Origin: an uncultured delta proteobacterium
Lineage (GTDB): Bacteria; Myxococcota_A; Polyangia; Haliangiales; Haliangiaceae
Reading direction: 5' to 3'
Length of the DNA: 64,000 bases
NCBI GenBank assembly: GCA_963848295.1
Contig: CAWKDB010000010.1
Location: 1,440,001-1,504,000, forward strand
Positions 41,051 to 56,246 of this stretch are shown here, piece by piece. The notes under the pieces were generated by a model. That model was not told the origin of the DNA. It saw nothing but the letters and a program-made list of their open reading frames with translations, and ran no database searches. Within the stretch, counting starts at the first letter, position 1. Each line of letters opens with the position of its first letter. The position numbers and the translations under genes were made by a program.

Positions 41051-41536
41051 ATGTCCGATTTCAGAATTGGCGAGAAGACCGTCTACCCCGCCCACGGCGT
41101 GGCTGAGGTGATCGGGATCGAGAAGAAAGAGATCAACACCACGGTGTGCTCTTTCTACGTCCTCAAGGTGCTCGCCAGCGGCATGCAGATCCTCGTGCCC
41201 AAGGACAAGGCGGACCAGGTCGGGCTCCGCCCGGTCGCGACCTCGGGCGAGATCGACGAAGTATTCGACATCCTTCGCGAGAAGGACGTCCACATCGACA
41301 AGCAGACGTGGAACCGGCGCTATCGCGGGTTCATGGAGAAGATCAAGACCGGCTCGTTGTTCGACGTCGCCGAGGTCTATCGCGACCTGTATCGCCTGAA
41401 GACCAGCAAGGTGCTGTCGTTCGGCGAGCGCAAGATGCTCGAGAGCGCGAAGCAGCTGATCGTCAAGGAGCTCGCGGTCGCCCGGAAATGGACCGAGGAG
41501 AAGGTCGAAGCCGAGCTCGAGAAGGCCTGCGCGTAG
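41051..41536 (+). CDS. cdnL: CarD/CdnL-family RNA polymerase-binding protein
   Basis: F.IGEKTVYPAHGV, WNRRYR, LSFGERKML; GGAG RBS upstream. Confidence 0.9.
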   Translation: MSDFRIGEKTVYPAHGVAEVIGIEKKEINTTVCSFYVLKVLASGMQILVPKDKADQVGLRPVATSGEIDEVFDILREKDVHIDKQTWNRRYRGFMEKIKTGSLFDVAEVYRDLYRLKTSKVLSFGERKMLESAKQLIVKELAVARKWTEEKVEAELEKACA

Positions 41537-41596
41537 TCTGCCCCGGTTGGTGGTGCTTGCCTTTAGCGAAACCGGCGTGTTAGGGCTGCGAGCCGC

Positions 41597-42106
41597 ATGC
41601 AGGTTCACGTAGCTCAGGCAGAAATCTGGACGTTGCCGGTCGACGCCGTGGTCAACCCGGCGAACTCGCTGGGCATCATGGGCGGTGGTATCGGTGGGTC
41701 GCTCAGGCGCCAAGGGGGCGACGTGATCCAGCAGGCCGCCATGGCCGCCGCGCCGATCGCGGTGGGTGCTGCATTGGTGACGACCGCCGGCCAGTTGCCC
41801 GCGAAGAACGTCATCCACGTACCGACGATGGAAGAGCCCGGGATGAAGATCGGCGCCGAGAACGTCCGGCGTGCCGCGCGCGCCGCGTTGATCGCTGCCG
41901 ACCGCAACGGCTTCAAGGTCATCGCGATCCCGGGCATCGGCACCGACCTGGGCGACGTACCGGTCGACGAAGCCGCACGCGCGATCGTCGAAGAAGTCCG
42001 CGCGCACCGCCGGCCGAATCCGGAGACGATCTATCTCGTCGACATGAACGAGTACATGATCGCCGCGCTCGAAGAGGCCCTGCGCAACGCGCAGGCGAAC
42101 CTCTAG
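41597..42106 (+). CDS. Macro domain protein
   Basis: DAVVNPANS..MGGGI, VIH, PGIGT. Confidence 0.9.
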   Translation: MQVHVAQAEIWTLPVDAVVNPANSLGIMGGGIGGSLRRQGGDVIQQAAMAAAPIAVGAALVTTAGQLPAKNVIHVPTMEEPGMKIGAENVRRAARAALIAADRNGFKVIAIPGIGTDLGDVPVDEAARAIVEEVRAHRRPNPETIYLVDMNEYMIAALEEALRNAQANL

Positions 42107-42222
42107 CGGCGACTGCGCGCGAACCGCGATCGCGCCGCTCGAATCAAGTCGACGCTATCACACGGAAAATCTGCGCGTCCGCGCGTTGACCGGCAACGCG
42201 GTCGCCATATACTGCGCTCGCT

Positions 42223-42617
42223 TTGCAGCTCGCTGCATATATGCCTGCCGGGGTCGCGATCGCGTTCGCCCTTGGTTTCAGCTGTCTGTTCACCGCGCTC
42301 GCGGTCCTGATCGGGCCGAAGGCGACGAACCCGGACAAGCTCAAGCCGTTCGAGTGCGGCTCCGAGCCGATCGGGTCGCCGCGCGGCCGCTACTCGGTGC
42401 GGTTCTATCAAGTCGCGATCTTGTTCCTCGTGTTCGATATCGAGGCGGCGTTCATGTACCCGTGGGCGATCCTCTACAAGCAGCTGTCGACCGTCTCGAC
42501 GGTGATCAACGGCGTCCGCGTGACCGGGGTCAGCGTGTTCGGGTTCGTCGAGATGCTCGTGTTCGTCGCGATCCTGGTCGTCGCCCTCGCCTACGTGTGG
42601 AGAAAGAAGGCGATCGG

Positions 42618-42627
<10 letters not shown>
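42223..42627 (+). CDS. nuoA: NADH-quinone oxidoreductase subunit A
   Basis: K.KPFECG, FLVFDIE, YPWA; three TM helices. Confidence 0.95.
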
Positions 42628-43169
<542 letters not shown>

Positions 43170-43172
43170 CCC

Positions 43173-43726
43173 GTGGCTCAAAAAGTCCTCGATGCGCTGA
43201 CCGCGAAATGGCCCGACGCGATCGTGCGCACCGGCTCGGCGCACGGCGACGAGATCGTCTGGGTGAAGCGAGAATCGCTGATCGATGTCGCGACCTGGCT
43301 GCGCGACGACCCCGCGATGGCGTTCGATTCGCCGGTGTTCTGCACCTGCATCGACTGGCTCGACTGGCGCCCGACCGGCCGCCCGCCGTCGGAGACGTGG
43401 AGCGAGGACAAGCCGCGGTTCACCGTGTGCTACCAGCTGCGCTCGCTCGCTCATCATCATCGGCTGCGCGTCGAGATCGAGCTCCCCGAGCACGATCCGC
43501 GCCTGGCCTCGCTGTCCGGGTTGTGGCCCGCGTTCAACTGGCAGGAGCGCGAGACGTTCGACATGTACGGCATCCGGTTCGATGGCCATCCCGATCTGCG
43601 GCGGATCTACCTGTACGAAGAGTTCATCGGCTATCCGCTGCGCAAGGACTACCCGAAGGAAAAACGCCAACCGTTGGTCCGTCGCGACGACCTGATCGAC
43701 GCGCCCCACAAGGCGGAGCACGAGTA

Positions 43727-43727
<1 letters not shown>
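43173..43727 (+). CDS. nuoC: NADH-quinone oxidoreductase subunit C
   Basis: NWQERETFDMYGI.F.GHPDLRRI, GYPLRKDYP. Confidence 0.95.
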
Positions 43728-44981
<1,254 letters not shown>

Positions 44982-46543
44982 GTGAGCGACCAAGTCACCC
45001 TCACGATCGACGGGCACCAGGTCAGCGTCCCGAAGGGCACGAACGTGCTCGAGGCGGCGAAGCTCGTCGGCATCGAGATCAGCGCGTTTTGCTATCACCC
45101 GGGCTTGCCGGTCGTCGCGCAGTGCCGGCAATGCCTGGTGTCGGTCGAGAAGAACCCGAAGCTGCAGCCGAGCTGTCAGCAGACGTGCGGCGAAGGCATG
45201 GTCGTGCACACGACCGACGCGCAGTCGACGCTCGCCCGCAAGCAGCAGCTCGAGTTCACGCTCGTCAACCATCCGATCGATTGCCCGATCTGCGACAAGG
45301 CGGGCGAGTGCACGCTGCAGAAGCTGTACTTCGACCACGACAACGCGAACTCGCGGGTCGACACGCCGAAGGTGCACAAGGCGAAGGTCGTCGACCTCGG
45401 GCCGCATATCGTGCTCGATCAAGAGCGCTGCATCCTGTGCTCGCGCTGCATCCGCGTGTGCGACGAGGTCGCGGGCCAGCATCAGCTCGAGTTCGCCTAT
45501 CGCGGCGACCACGAGCTCCTGACGACCGCGCCCGGCGAGCAGCTCGACAACGCGTACTCGCTCAACACCGTCGACGTCTGTCCGGTCGGTGCGCTGACCG
45601 CGAAGGACTACCGGTTCACGATGCGCGCGTGGGAGCTCGACGCGACGCCGAGCGTGTGCCCCGGCTGCTCGACCGGCTGCAACATCGAGATCCATCACAA
45701 GAACGGCCGCGCCTGGCGACTGATTCCGCGGCTCAACGCGGACGTCAACAAGTACTGGATGTGCGACGAGGGTCGAGATACCTATCACGAGCTGCGCGAT
45801 CGAGCGGCTCGCGTCGGCGACGGTCGACGGCCTGCCCGCCGGCTGGGATCGCGCGATCGCGCACGCGGCGAAGCGGCTCGGCGTGCTCCTCAAGGACCCG
45901 GCGCAGATCGGCGTCGTGTTGTCGGCGGTTCACAACAACGAGGACAACTTCGCGCTCGCCCGGCTCGCGATCGAGTGGAAGGTCGGCCACGTGTTCGTCG
46001 CCGGCAGGCCACCGGTTCCGGCTCGCGCCGACGGCAGGCTCAAGACCGCCGACGTCAACCCGAACACCGCCGGGGTCAAGGCGATCGCCGAGGCGCTCGG
46101 GCTGACGACCCGGCCCGCCTACGAGCTCGAAGCCACGCTCGGGTCGCTGCGCGCGCTGATCGCGCTCGGCGACGTGCTGCCGGGCGCGCCGACCGCGAAG
46201 CTCAAAGAGCTCGAGCTGATCTCGATCAGCGCGCACGAACGCGGCGCGGTGCCACACGCCAAGGTCGCGTTGCCTTCGGCCGCGTGGGCCGAGTGCGCCG
46301 GCACGATCACGAACGCCAAGGGCATGGTGCAACGCAACACGCGGCCTTCGCGCCGCCCGGCCAAGCGCTCGCGGGCTGGGAAGCGGTCGTCCGGCTCGCC
46401 CATGCGACCGGCGTCAAGCTGCCGTGGGTTCATGCGCGCGACGTGTTCAAAGACATGACCGGGCGAGTCCCGGCGTGGAAGGACCTGACCTGGCCGCGCG
46501 AAGCTCGTCCGCTCGCGTTGCGGTTCGCGGGGAGCCGAGGCTG

Positions 46544-46544
<1 letters not shown>
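44982..46544 (+). CDS. nuoG: NuoG-like Fe-S subunit, short form (compensating frameshifts near 45800 and 46335)
   Basis: FCYHPGL..CRQC, HPIDCPICDKAGEC, RCILCSRC, CPVGAL, CPGCSTGC; middle part (LPSAAWAECAGTITN) lies in a shifted frame. Confidence 0.85.
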
Positions 46545-48212
<1,668 letters not shown>

Positions 48213-48214
48213 TC

Positions 48215-48898
<684 letters not shown>

Positions 48899-48908
48899 TC
48901 GCGCCGCG

Positions 48909-50369
48909 CTACTCGATGACCGTGCCGACGCAGGCCGCGATGTCGAAGAAGATGAAGGCGAGCGCCTTCTCCTGCGGTGACAGCGGCTCGAGCTGACCGT
49001 TGCTGTCGACCGCGCAGCCGTTCGGGTACGGCACCGACGAGCTCGACGTCGAGCCCGAGGCGACGTGCATGTCGGAGAACACGACCTTGCCGCAGCGCTG
49101 GCTGCCATCGACGTCGAGCGGCGTCGTGAACTGGAGGTCCTGCACGCTGGTGTGGCTGTTGTTGGCGGGGAGCATCGGATCGACGTACGCCCAGCGCTCG
49201 GACTGCATCGGGTCGTTCGAGGCGAGCGTGTAGCGGGCTTCGCTGATCGGGATCTGGTCGCGCGTCGTCGACGCGCCGACGTTCACCAACCAAGTCGCGA
49301 ACGACGGGCCCTTCGCGTTGCTGTTCTCGTCGATGCTCGCGATCGCGTCGTCTTGATCTTCGGGTGCATCGTAATCGAACGTCGCGACCGCTTCCCAGTC
49401 GGTGAGCCCGTGCGAGAGGTTGCCACCCTCACCGCCGATCCAGATGTTTTGCCAATGCGACATGAACACGCGACCGCCGGCGCTCGCGTAGTCGTGGAGT
49501 GCCTGCATCGCGCTCTGCGGCTTGCTCGCCTGATACTGGCCGCCCTCGCAAGAGAACATCACGATGTCGTACTTCGACAGGCTCGCGGTCGTAGCCCACA
49601 GCGTCTCGGCATCGCCGAACGCCAAGCCCGGACCGCCCGGCCATGCCGGATCGAACGTCGTCGCGCCTTCGCCGTGCCCCGCGCCCCCGTTCGCGAACAG
49701 CTGCACGTGACCGCCGCCCGCGTCGTTCGTGATCTCGGTCGGATCGATGCCGAGCTTGTAGACGAGGCACTCGAGCGCATCGAACGCGCCGGTCGTCACC
49801 GCGATGAACGGCATGTCGACTTTCGGTTGGCCATTGCCGTCGACCGCGGTGTTCGGCGACAGGTCGCTGCGGCTCTTCGGCAGCGTGGTGTCGACGGTCG
49901 CGACCGGCGCGCTCACACACGCATCGACGTGCGGCACGATGAGTTGGCGCCGCCACTTGCCGACCTGGATGACGAGCGGCACCGCGTCGGTCGCCGGCAC
50001 GTTGCGCAGCGTGAAGTTGCCTGCTTCGTCGGTGGTCGTCGACACCACCGCGCCACCGAGCAGACCGTTGTTGCAGTTGTCGCACGTCACGCCGGTCGCG
50101 AGCGGACCCGGATCGGAGAACGGCACGTAGACGTTCACGCCGTAGAGCGGCAGCGTGCCGTTCGGTGCGTAGACCGTGCCCGTGAGGATCGTCGCGTCCG
50201 GTGCGAGCCCGCGCGGCACGCAGTTGACTTGAAAGCACGCGAGGCCTGCGGTGCACGCGGCGTCGGCCGTGATCACGTCGGGCGTAGCATCCGCGGCCAG
50301 CGTGTGATGGTGGTTGCCGCAGGCGCCGAGCGCGCTGACCAAGAGCAGCGCGCGAGTCATGTGCTTCAT
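48909..50369 (-). CDS. Secreted lipoprotein with carboxypeptidase-regulatory-like domain
   Basis: Lipobox LGAC; GTVYAPNG..PLY, LVIQVGKWRR, CGKVVFSDMH, EKALAFIFFD. Confidence 0.75.
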   Translation of the reverse strand: MKHMTRALLLVSALGACGNHHHTLAADATPDVITADAACTAGLACFQVNCVPRGLAPDATILTGTVYAPNGTLPLYGVNVYVPFSDPGPLATGVTCDNCNNGLLGGAVVSTTTDEAGNFTLRNVPATDAVPLVIQVGKWRRQLIVPHVDACVSAPVATVDTTLPKSRSDLSPNTAVDGNGQPKVDMPFIAVTTGAFDALECLVYKLGIDPTEITNDAGGGHVQLFANGGAGHGEGATTFDPAWPGGPGLAFGDAETLWATTASLSKYDIVMFSCEGGQYQASKPQSAMQALHDYASAGGRVFMSHWQNIWIGGEGGNLSHGLTDWEAVATFDYDAPEDQDDAIASIDENSNAKGPSFATWLVNVGASTTRDQIPISEARYTLASNDPMQSERWAYVDPMLPANNSHTSVQDLQFTTPLDVDGSQRCGKVVFSDMHVASGSTSSSSVPYPNGCAVDSNGQLEPLSPQEKALAFIFFDIAACVGTVIE

Positions 50370-50760
50370 CGTGGCCGCGGAGAATACAGAGACCGCTGAT
50401 CGAGTCCAGCGCGATCTCGCTCGCAGCGACTATCCGGCGCGCGTGGATTCTGACGTTTCGGCGATCGGCGAGCAAGAGCCGACTGCGCGCGATCCGTGAG
50501 TGATCCGGAAGTGATCGACGGCGCGTTTTTCCATTGACGGATCGAAACGCGATCCTTAGATTCATAAGCGAGCACCGACGGTCCGATGCGAGACCCGGGG
50601 TGAATCTGTCTCCTACAATAGCTATCCAGGGATCTGCCTCTGTTCTGGGTGTGCACGCCCGCTCGTCGGGAAGCCCAAAGGATTATGCGGAGCCCACCTA
50701 CGCCAAACGTAGGGGGTAGAAAACCCTACGGTCGGACGGTCGTGCTCATTTTGGGGCGCA

Positions 50761-53268
50761 GTGGTTAATCGCCACTGCGCCCCGTTCCTTGTTTCGGCGG
50801 TGGCGATCGCCGGATGCGGGAGCGCGCCGGCACCGATCGAGGTCAGCTCGGGTCGGATGACCGCGCAGATCTATTCCGACCCCGCACAGATCGTCCTGCG
50901 CGTCGACGACGCGATCGTGTGGCAGACCGAGCGCGGCGGCGGCAACGCGGGCAGCGGCCCACCGAACGGCTTCGCGGCGGTCGGACCGCTCGACGTCGCG
51001 GTCGAGATGGAGTTCGGGTCGTTCGAGTTCACCGAAGCGACCGCATCGGAGGTGTGGACGACGATCGATCAGCTCGGCGCGATCACGCCGACCGCGACCG
51101 GCGCCTCGTTCGAGCTCCGCCACGGCGACACGAAGATCGGCACCGGCACGCTCGACTTCGACACCGCGCTCGAATCCGGAGCGAATCCGGGTGCAGCGGG
51201 CTTTCCAGGTCACATCCGGATCACGTTGTTCGCCGACACCGGCGATCGGATCTCGCTCGCCACGCCGTGTGGAGCGAACGAGCACTTCGCCGGGCTCGGC
51301 GGACAATCGTTCGACGTCGACCACCACGGCCAGACGGTGCCGCTGTGGGTGCAGGAAGACGGTATCGGGAAAGATCCGACCCCTGACGATCAGTACAGCG
51401 GCATCTGGTTCTTGACCGGCCGCCGGCACTCGACCCACTCGCCGCAGCCGATGCTGCTGTCATCGCAAGGCTATGCGCTCGCGGTCGATACGAACGCGCG
51501 CGCGGTGTTCGCGCTGTGCTCGGAGCAGCCGGATGTCGCGCGGTTCGAAGCGTGGGAGCCGACGCTCGATCTGGACGTGTTCATCGGCGATGACGCCTCG
51601 CCGCGCGACGCGCTCGGCCTGATGGATGCGTGGGTCGGCAAGCCGGCGACGCCTCCGGCGACGGTGTTCGCGCCGTGGGTCGACGCGATCATGGGCTCGG
51701 CGAGCGTCCGTCAGGTCGCGGGCGCGCTGCGCAGCAACGGCATCTCGTCGTCGGTGATCTGGACCGAGGATTGGCGCGGCGGCGGCGAAGGCGCGACCGG
51801 CTACGCGATCACCGAGGACTGGCGCGTCGATCGCACGCTGTATCCGGACTTCGAACAGCTCGCGAGCGACCTGCACTCCGCCGGGTTCGCGTTCGCGACC
51901 TACAACAACACGTTCCTCGACTCGGCCGCGGACATCTACGCCGAGGCGACCGGCGACGGCTACGGGCTGCACGACGGCAATGGCGCGACGTACACGTTCA
52001 TGGACGACACGTTCGCGCAGGGATCGATGGTGGATCTCACGAACCCCGCCGCGGTCGCGTACACGAAGAGCGTCTATAGCGAAGGCATCGCGCTCGGCGC
52101 CGACGGCTGGATGGCGGACTTCGGCGAATGGCAGCCGACCGACGCGACGCTCGCATCCGGCGAGAGCGCGCTCGCCGTTCACAACCGCTACCCGGTCGAT
52201 TGGGCGCAGCTCAACCACGACTTGCTCGCGAGCGCGCCGGCCGGGCGACCCGATCCGATCTACTTCATGCGCTCGGCGTGGCTGCACTCGCAGCCGCTCG
52301 TCCAGGTCCTGTGGCCCGGCGATCAGCAGACCGACTTCTCCGACGGTGACGGCTTCCCATCGGTCGTGCCGATGGGCATCGGTCTCGGCGTCACCGGGTT
52401 TCCGTACTTCGGCAGCGACATCGCCGGCTACATGAGCCAGGGCACCTCGCCGACGACCGAGGAGCTGTTCTATCGCTGGGTCACGTTCGGCGCGCTATCG
52501 CCGGTGATGCGCACCCATCACGGCCGCAGCGCGGAGCAGAACTTCCAGTGGCAACACGACGCGAGCTCGATCGCGCACTTTCGGCGATGGGCTCGCTTCC
52601 ACATGCAGCTCGCCGCCTATCTCCAGGGCTCGATCGGCAGCTTCGAGCGCGATGGCCTGCCGCTGTTCCGCCTGACCGCGCTGGAATATCCCGACGAAGA
52701 TTGGGCGTGGACCGCGACCGACGAGTACATGCTCGGCGATCGGATCTTGGTCGCGCCGGTGAACGTGCAGGGTGCGACGTCGCGTCCGGTGCAGCTGCCG
52801 GCGGGCACGTGGTATCCGCTACTCGGCGGCGCCGCGACCGCGGGCGCGATCACCGCGAACGCCGCGATGACCGAGATCCCCGCGTTCGTGCCGGCTGGCT
52901 CGCTGCTCGTGCTCTATCCCGATGGCGTCGACTCGACGATCGACGCGACCGGCGTGGTCTCGCTATCGACGATCGGTGGCGACCGCGAGGTCTGGCTCTA
53001 TCCCGGCACTGCCGACGATCCCGCGCGCGCGGGCTGGAGCGATGCGATGGGCGCCGCCGGGACCGCGCAGTGGACGTGGAGTGGCGGCGGCGCGCTGCCG
53101 ACCACCGCGACGTGGAACGGCGCCACGGTGACGATCACGCCCGGCGCCGGCTACGTCACGATCGCGGTGGTCGGCGACGGCACGCTCCAGCTCGACACCG
53201 GCGGCCAGCTCGTGATCGCGCGCGGCTCGCCGACCGCGAATGTCACGGTGCGGGTCTACGGCGGCTAG
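50761..53268 (+). CDS. Glycoside hydrolase family 31 lipoprotein
   Basis: GWMADFGE nucleophile, WPGDQ acid/base, SDIAGY, PVMRTH, YMLGDRILVAPV. Confidence 0.9.
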   Translation: MVNRHCAPFLVSAVAIAGCGSAPAPIEVSSGRMTAQIYSDPAQIVLRVDDAIVWQTERGGGNAGSGPPNGFAAVGPLDVAVEMEFGSFEFTEATASEVWTTIDQLGAITPTATGASFELRHGDTKIGTGTLDFDTALESGANPGAAGFPGHIRITLFADTGDRISLATPCGANEHFAGLGGQSFDVDHHGQTVPLWVQEDGIGKDPTPDDQYSGIWFLTGRRHSTHSPQPMLLSSQGYALAVDTNARAVFALCSEQPDVARFEAWEPTLDLDVFIGDDASPRDALGLMDAWVGKPATPPATVFAPWVDAIMGSASVRQVAGALRSNGISSSVIWTEDWRGGGEGATGYAITEDWRVDRTLYPDFEQLASDLHSAGFAFATYNNTFLDSAADIYAEATGDGYGLHDGNGATYTFMDDTFAQGSMVDLTNPAAVAYTKSVYSEGIALGADGWMADFGEWQPTDATLASGESALAVHNRYPVDWAQLNHDLLASAPAGRPDPIYFMRSAWLHSQPLVQVLWPGDQQTDFSDGDGFPSVVPMGIGLGVTGFPYFGSDIAGYMSQGTSPTTEELFYRWVTFGALSPVMRTHHGRSAEQNFQWQHDASSIAHFRRWARFHMQLAAYLQGSIGSFERDGLPLFRLTALEYPDEDWAWTATDEYMLGDRILVAPVNVQGATSRPVQLPAGTWYPLLGGAATAGAITANAAMTEIPAFVPAGSLLVLYPDGVDSTIDATGVVSLSTIGGDREVWLYPGTADDPARAGWSDAMGAAGTAQWTWSGGGALPTTATWNGATVTITPGAGYVTIAVVGDGTLQLDTGGQLVIARGSPTANVTVRVYGG

Positions 53269-54611
53269 GGCGCGGACAGCCAGGCGGCGAGGTCGTCGAT
53301 CACCTGCTTGTCGACATGGGCCGGCTTGACGTAGTCGCCGGGCCCGGGCGGGCCCTCGCCAACGTTGAACGCGTGGCTCAGACCTGGATACGTGTGAAAC
53401 GTGACGTTCTGGTCGTGAGCGAGCGCGGTCTTCCAGCGCGCGAAGTCGACGGTCGGCGACACCTGGTAGTCGCGCTCGCCTTGCAGCACGAGGATCGGAA
53501 TCTTGAGCTTCGCGGCCACGCGCTCCGGGTGGTAGCCGCGGACGTCGAGGAAGTATGCGCCGGTGAAGGGATGGCCGCCGAACGGATTGTCGATCACGTC
53601 GTCGGGCTTGAGCTTCGGGTTGTCGATCGCCGCCTTGAACTTCTCGGCCTTGGCGATCAGGTCGTCGACCTTCGGCTCGCCTGGCTGGATGGTCTTGAAG
53701 TAGTGCCCCTGCATCAGGATCGAATCCGCGAGCGGCTGGGTCGACCCGGCGAAGATCACGAGCCGCTTGATCGCCGGATCGGCCTGCGCGATGCGAGGCG
53801 CGAGGTAACCGCCTTGACTGTGCCCGAGCAGCGCGATCCGCGACGCGTCGACCTCGGGCACCGTACGCAACAGCGCGACCGCGGCGTGCGCGGCGTCGTC
53901 GACCTCGTCCTTCTGAGTGCGCACACCCTCGGGGTGGACGAGCGAGCGCTTGTCGTAGCGCAGCACCGCGATGCCGTGGCTCGCCAAGCCCCACGCGAGA
54001 TCGTGGAACACCTCGATCGAGCCCATGACCTCGTCGCGAGTGCCCGGCCCCGAGCCGTGAACGAGCACGACCGCGGGCACGTGGTGCGCACCCTTCGGCA
54101 GCGTCAGCGTGCCGGGCAACGCGGGATTGCCGATCGACACCTCGCGCTCCTCGAATGCATCCGGTGTCGCGTACGAGGGCGGTTGCCACGGCAGCGGCGC
54201 GACCGAGAGCCCCGCGATGCGATGGTCGGGCGCGAACACGATGCGGATCACGACCCGCTTGCCGGCGAACGCGGTGGTCGCCGACGCGATCTGCATCCCG
54301 GCCTCGGCCTCGAGCTCCACGCGGTCGACGCTGACGTACGGCCCGACCTGCTTCTGCAACTCGCTCCACAGCTCCGCGAGCTTGTCGACCGGCATCGCGC
54401 CGCGCATCCGATCGTCGAACATCGCGAACGCGCCGTGAACGTCGGCGTGCGCGAGCATCGCGATGAAGTCCTTGGCGCGAACGTCGTCACTCGCGACCGG
54501 CTCGGGCTTCGGCGCCGGGGCCGGGGCTGGGGCAGGCGTCGGTGGCGCGACCGGCTTCGGCGCCGGGTGAGAGCCGCAGGCCACGAGCAGGGCGAACGCG
54601 AGGCGCTTCAT
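53265..54611 (-). CDS. Alpha/beta hydrolase lipoprotein
   Basis: HGSGP, RYDKR, GHSQG, QGERDYQV, H; Pro-Ala linker after lipobox. Confidence 0.9.
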   Translation of the reverse strand: MKRLAFALLVACGSHPAPKPVAPPTPAPAPAPAPKPEPVASDDVRAKDFIAMLAHADVHGAFAMFDDRMRGAMPVDKLAELWSELQKQVGPYVSVDRVELEAEAGMQIASATTAFAGKRVVIRIVFAPDHRIAGLSVAPLPWQPPSYATPDAFEEREVSIGNPALPGTLTLPKGAHHVPAVVLVHGSGPGTRDEVMGSIEVFHDLAWGLASHGIAVLRYDKRSLVHPEGVRTQKDEVDDAAHAAVALLRTVPEVDASRIALLGHSQGGYLAPRIAQADPAIKRLVIFAGSTQPLADSILMQGHYFKTIQPGEPKVDDLIAKAEKFKAAIDNPKLKPDDVIDNPFGGHPFTGAYFLDVRGYHPERVAAKLKIPILVLQGERDYQVSPTVDFARWKTALAHDQNVTFHTYPGLSHAFNVGEGPPGPGDYVKPAHVDKQVIDDLAAWLSAP

Positions 54612-54621
54612 GCGTGCGGTT

Positions 54622-55422
54622 CTACCGCGCGAGCAAGCTCGATGGAATGACGAGCTCGTGCGTGACCGCGCCCGATGCGATCGTCACGACGGCGTAGTGC
54701 CGCGCGCCGTTGTATTGCGGCATCGGGAATCGCGCGAACAGCCGGCGCACGCGCGGATCTTCGTGTAGCCGCCAGCCTTCGGCGCGCTGCGACTGGAACG
54801 GAATCGTCGCGACGCCGATCGGCGCGACCGAGACCTCGATGCCCGGCGGCGCGCTCGCGCGAATATCGTCCTTCGACAGCTGGATCTCGATCGAGCCCTG
54901 CGCCTCGGGCATCGCGTCGACGAGACAACGCCAGTCGCCGATCCGCAGCTCGACAAACGACAGCCGGACCCAGCGCCTGAGCTCGCCCGCGGGGGGCGCG
55001 ACGGCGGCGGCGGTGGTCGGCGGGATCGGGCCGGCCTCGTCCCGGCACACGCCGTACGGGAGCTCGAGCACGAACGTCTTGTCGTCGACCTTGACCGCGA
55101 GCCAGGTATCGGCGAGCGGATCGTCGGGCCACGGCAGCGTCCACAGCCCGCGGTAGTGCCACCAGCCACCGCTGCCGGTCGCGCCGGCGAACACATCGTC
55201 GTCGGTCGCGATCTCGTAGCGCCGAGTGCCCGAGTAGAGCGCGAGCTCGAACGCCTTGGCGGTCGGCAGCTCGCTCTGCGCTTCCTTGCCTTCTTGGACG
55301 CGCGTCGCGAGCTGGAAGATCAGGCCGTCGGCGGTCGACGTGAGCAGCGCTTGCAGATCGGCGCCGTTCGCGTAGCGCGACGGCAACGCATCGAACGTGA
55401 TCGTGGACCAGCTTGTCGTCAT
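54622..55422 (-). CDS. Hypothetical protein
   Basis: 3' part of a long ORF with protein-like composition; ATG overlaps upstream stop. Confidence 0.55.
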   Translation of the reverse strand: MTTSWSTITFDALPSRYANGADLQALLTSTADGLIFQLATRVQEGKEAQSELPTAKAFELALYSGTRRYEIATDDDVFAGATGSGGWWHYRGLWTLPWPDDPLADTWLAVKVDDKTFVLELPYGVCRDEAGPIPPTTAAAVAPPAGELRRWVRLSFVELRIGDWRCLVDAMPEAQGSIEIQLSKDDIRASAPPGIEVSVAPIGVATIPFQSQRAEGWRLHEDPRVRRLFARFPMPQYNGARHYAVVTIASGAVTHELVIPSSLLAR

Positions 55423-56246
55423 CGGCAGAAGTGCCCGCTTCCAATCGGTGGGCAGCCGCGTAGTGCGAGGACGTCCATCGTCATCGCAACGCCGACATGG
55501 ATCAAGACCCCACCCCAGATCGATCGCGTGCGCATCGCGAGCGTGCCGAGGATCAGGCCGGCGCCGATGGCCCCGATCGTCTCCGGCCACGGCTTGCCGT
55601 AGTGGATCATGCAATACGGCACGATCATCACGAAGATCGCGTTCGCGCCGAACGCCCGGCGCAGACCCTGGAGCAGAAACCCGCGAAAGAAGATCTCGAG
55701 CGCCAAGAACTGCGCCGCATAGGCGGCTTCCCAGATCCACAGGTCGGTGCCCGAGCGATTCGCCATGCGATAGAACGGGTAGGTCTGGCGGAACATCTCG
55801 GTCCGCGACGCGAGGAACACCGCGGGCAAGACGCACAAGAACAGCGTCGCGTAGATCCACAGGTGCTTGAAGAACCCGCGCCCCGAGACGTGGTAGTCGC
55901 GGATGTGCTCGCCCGGGGTCACGAGCAACACGCCCCACGGGATCACGACGTAGCCGATCACGCGCCACGCCGACCACCAGATGTAGCTCTTGAGCACGTA
56001 GTACGGATCGTGGCCGTGCTGCGGGAACACCTTCTGGAACGTCTCGTCGTCGCCGACGTACCACTGCACGGTCAGCCCGATCGCCGCGGTCACCATCACG
56101 AGCACGACGCGCCAGCTCGTGCGCCCCGCTTCGTCCGGATCTCGGACGGTCTCGCGATCGATCGCGCGCCACTGGTCGATCGAGACCTTGCGGATCATCC
56201 GCGCCAGCCACGACGCGAGCCGCGCGGGTCGCGACGGCGGAAACAC
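55419..56246 (-). CDS. CPBP-family (Abi/CAAX) intramembrane glutamic protease
   Basis: EIFFRG, H.GKP..E, H motifs; multiple TMs. Confidence 0.88.
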   Translation of the reverse strand: MFPPSRPARLASWLARMIRKVSIDQWRAIDRETVRDPDEAGRTSWRVVLVMVTAAIGLTVQWYVGDDETFQKVFPQHGHDPYYVLKSYIWWSAWRVIGYVVIPWGVLLVTPGEHIRDYHVSGRGFFKHLWIYATLFLCVLPAVFLASRTEMFRQTYPFYRMANRSGTDLWIWEAAYAAQFLALEIFFRGFLLQGLRRAFGANAIFVMIVPYCMIHYGKPWPETIGAIGAGLILGTLAMRTRSIWGGVLIHVGVAMTMDVLALRGCPPIGSGHFCR

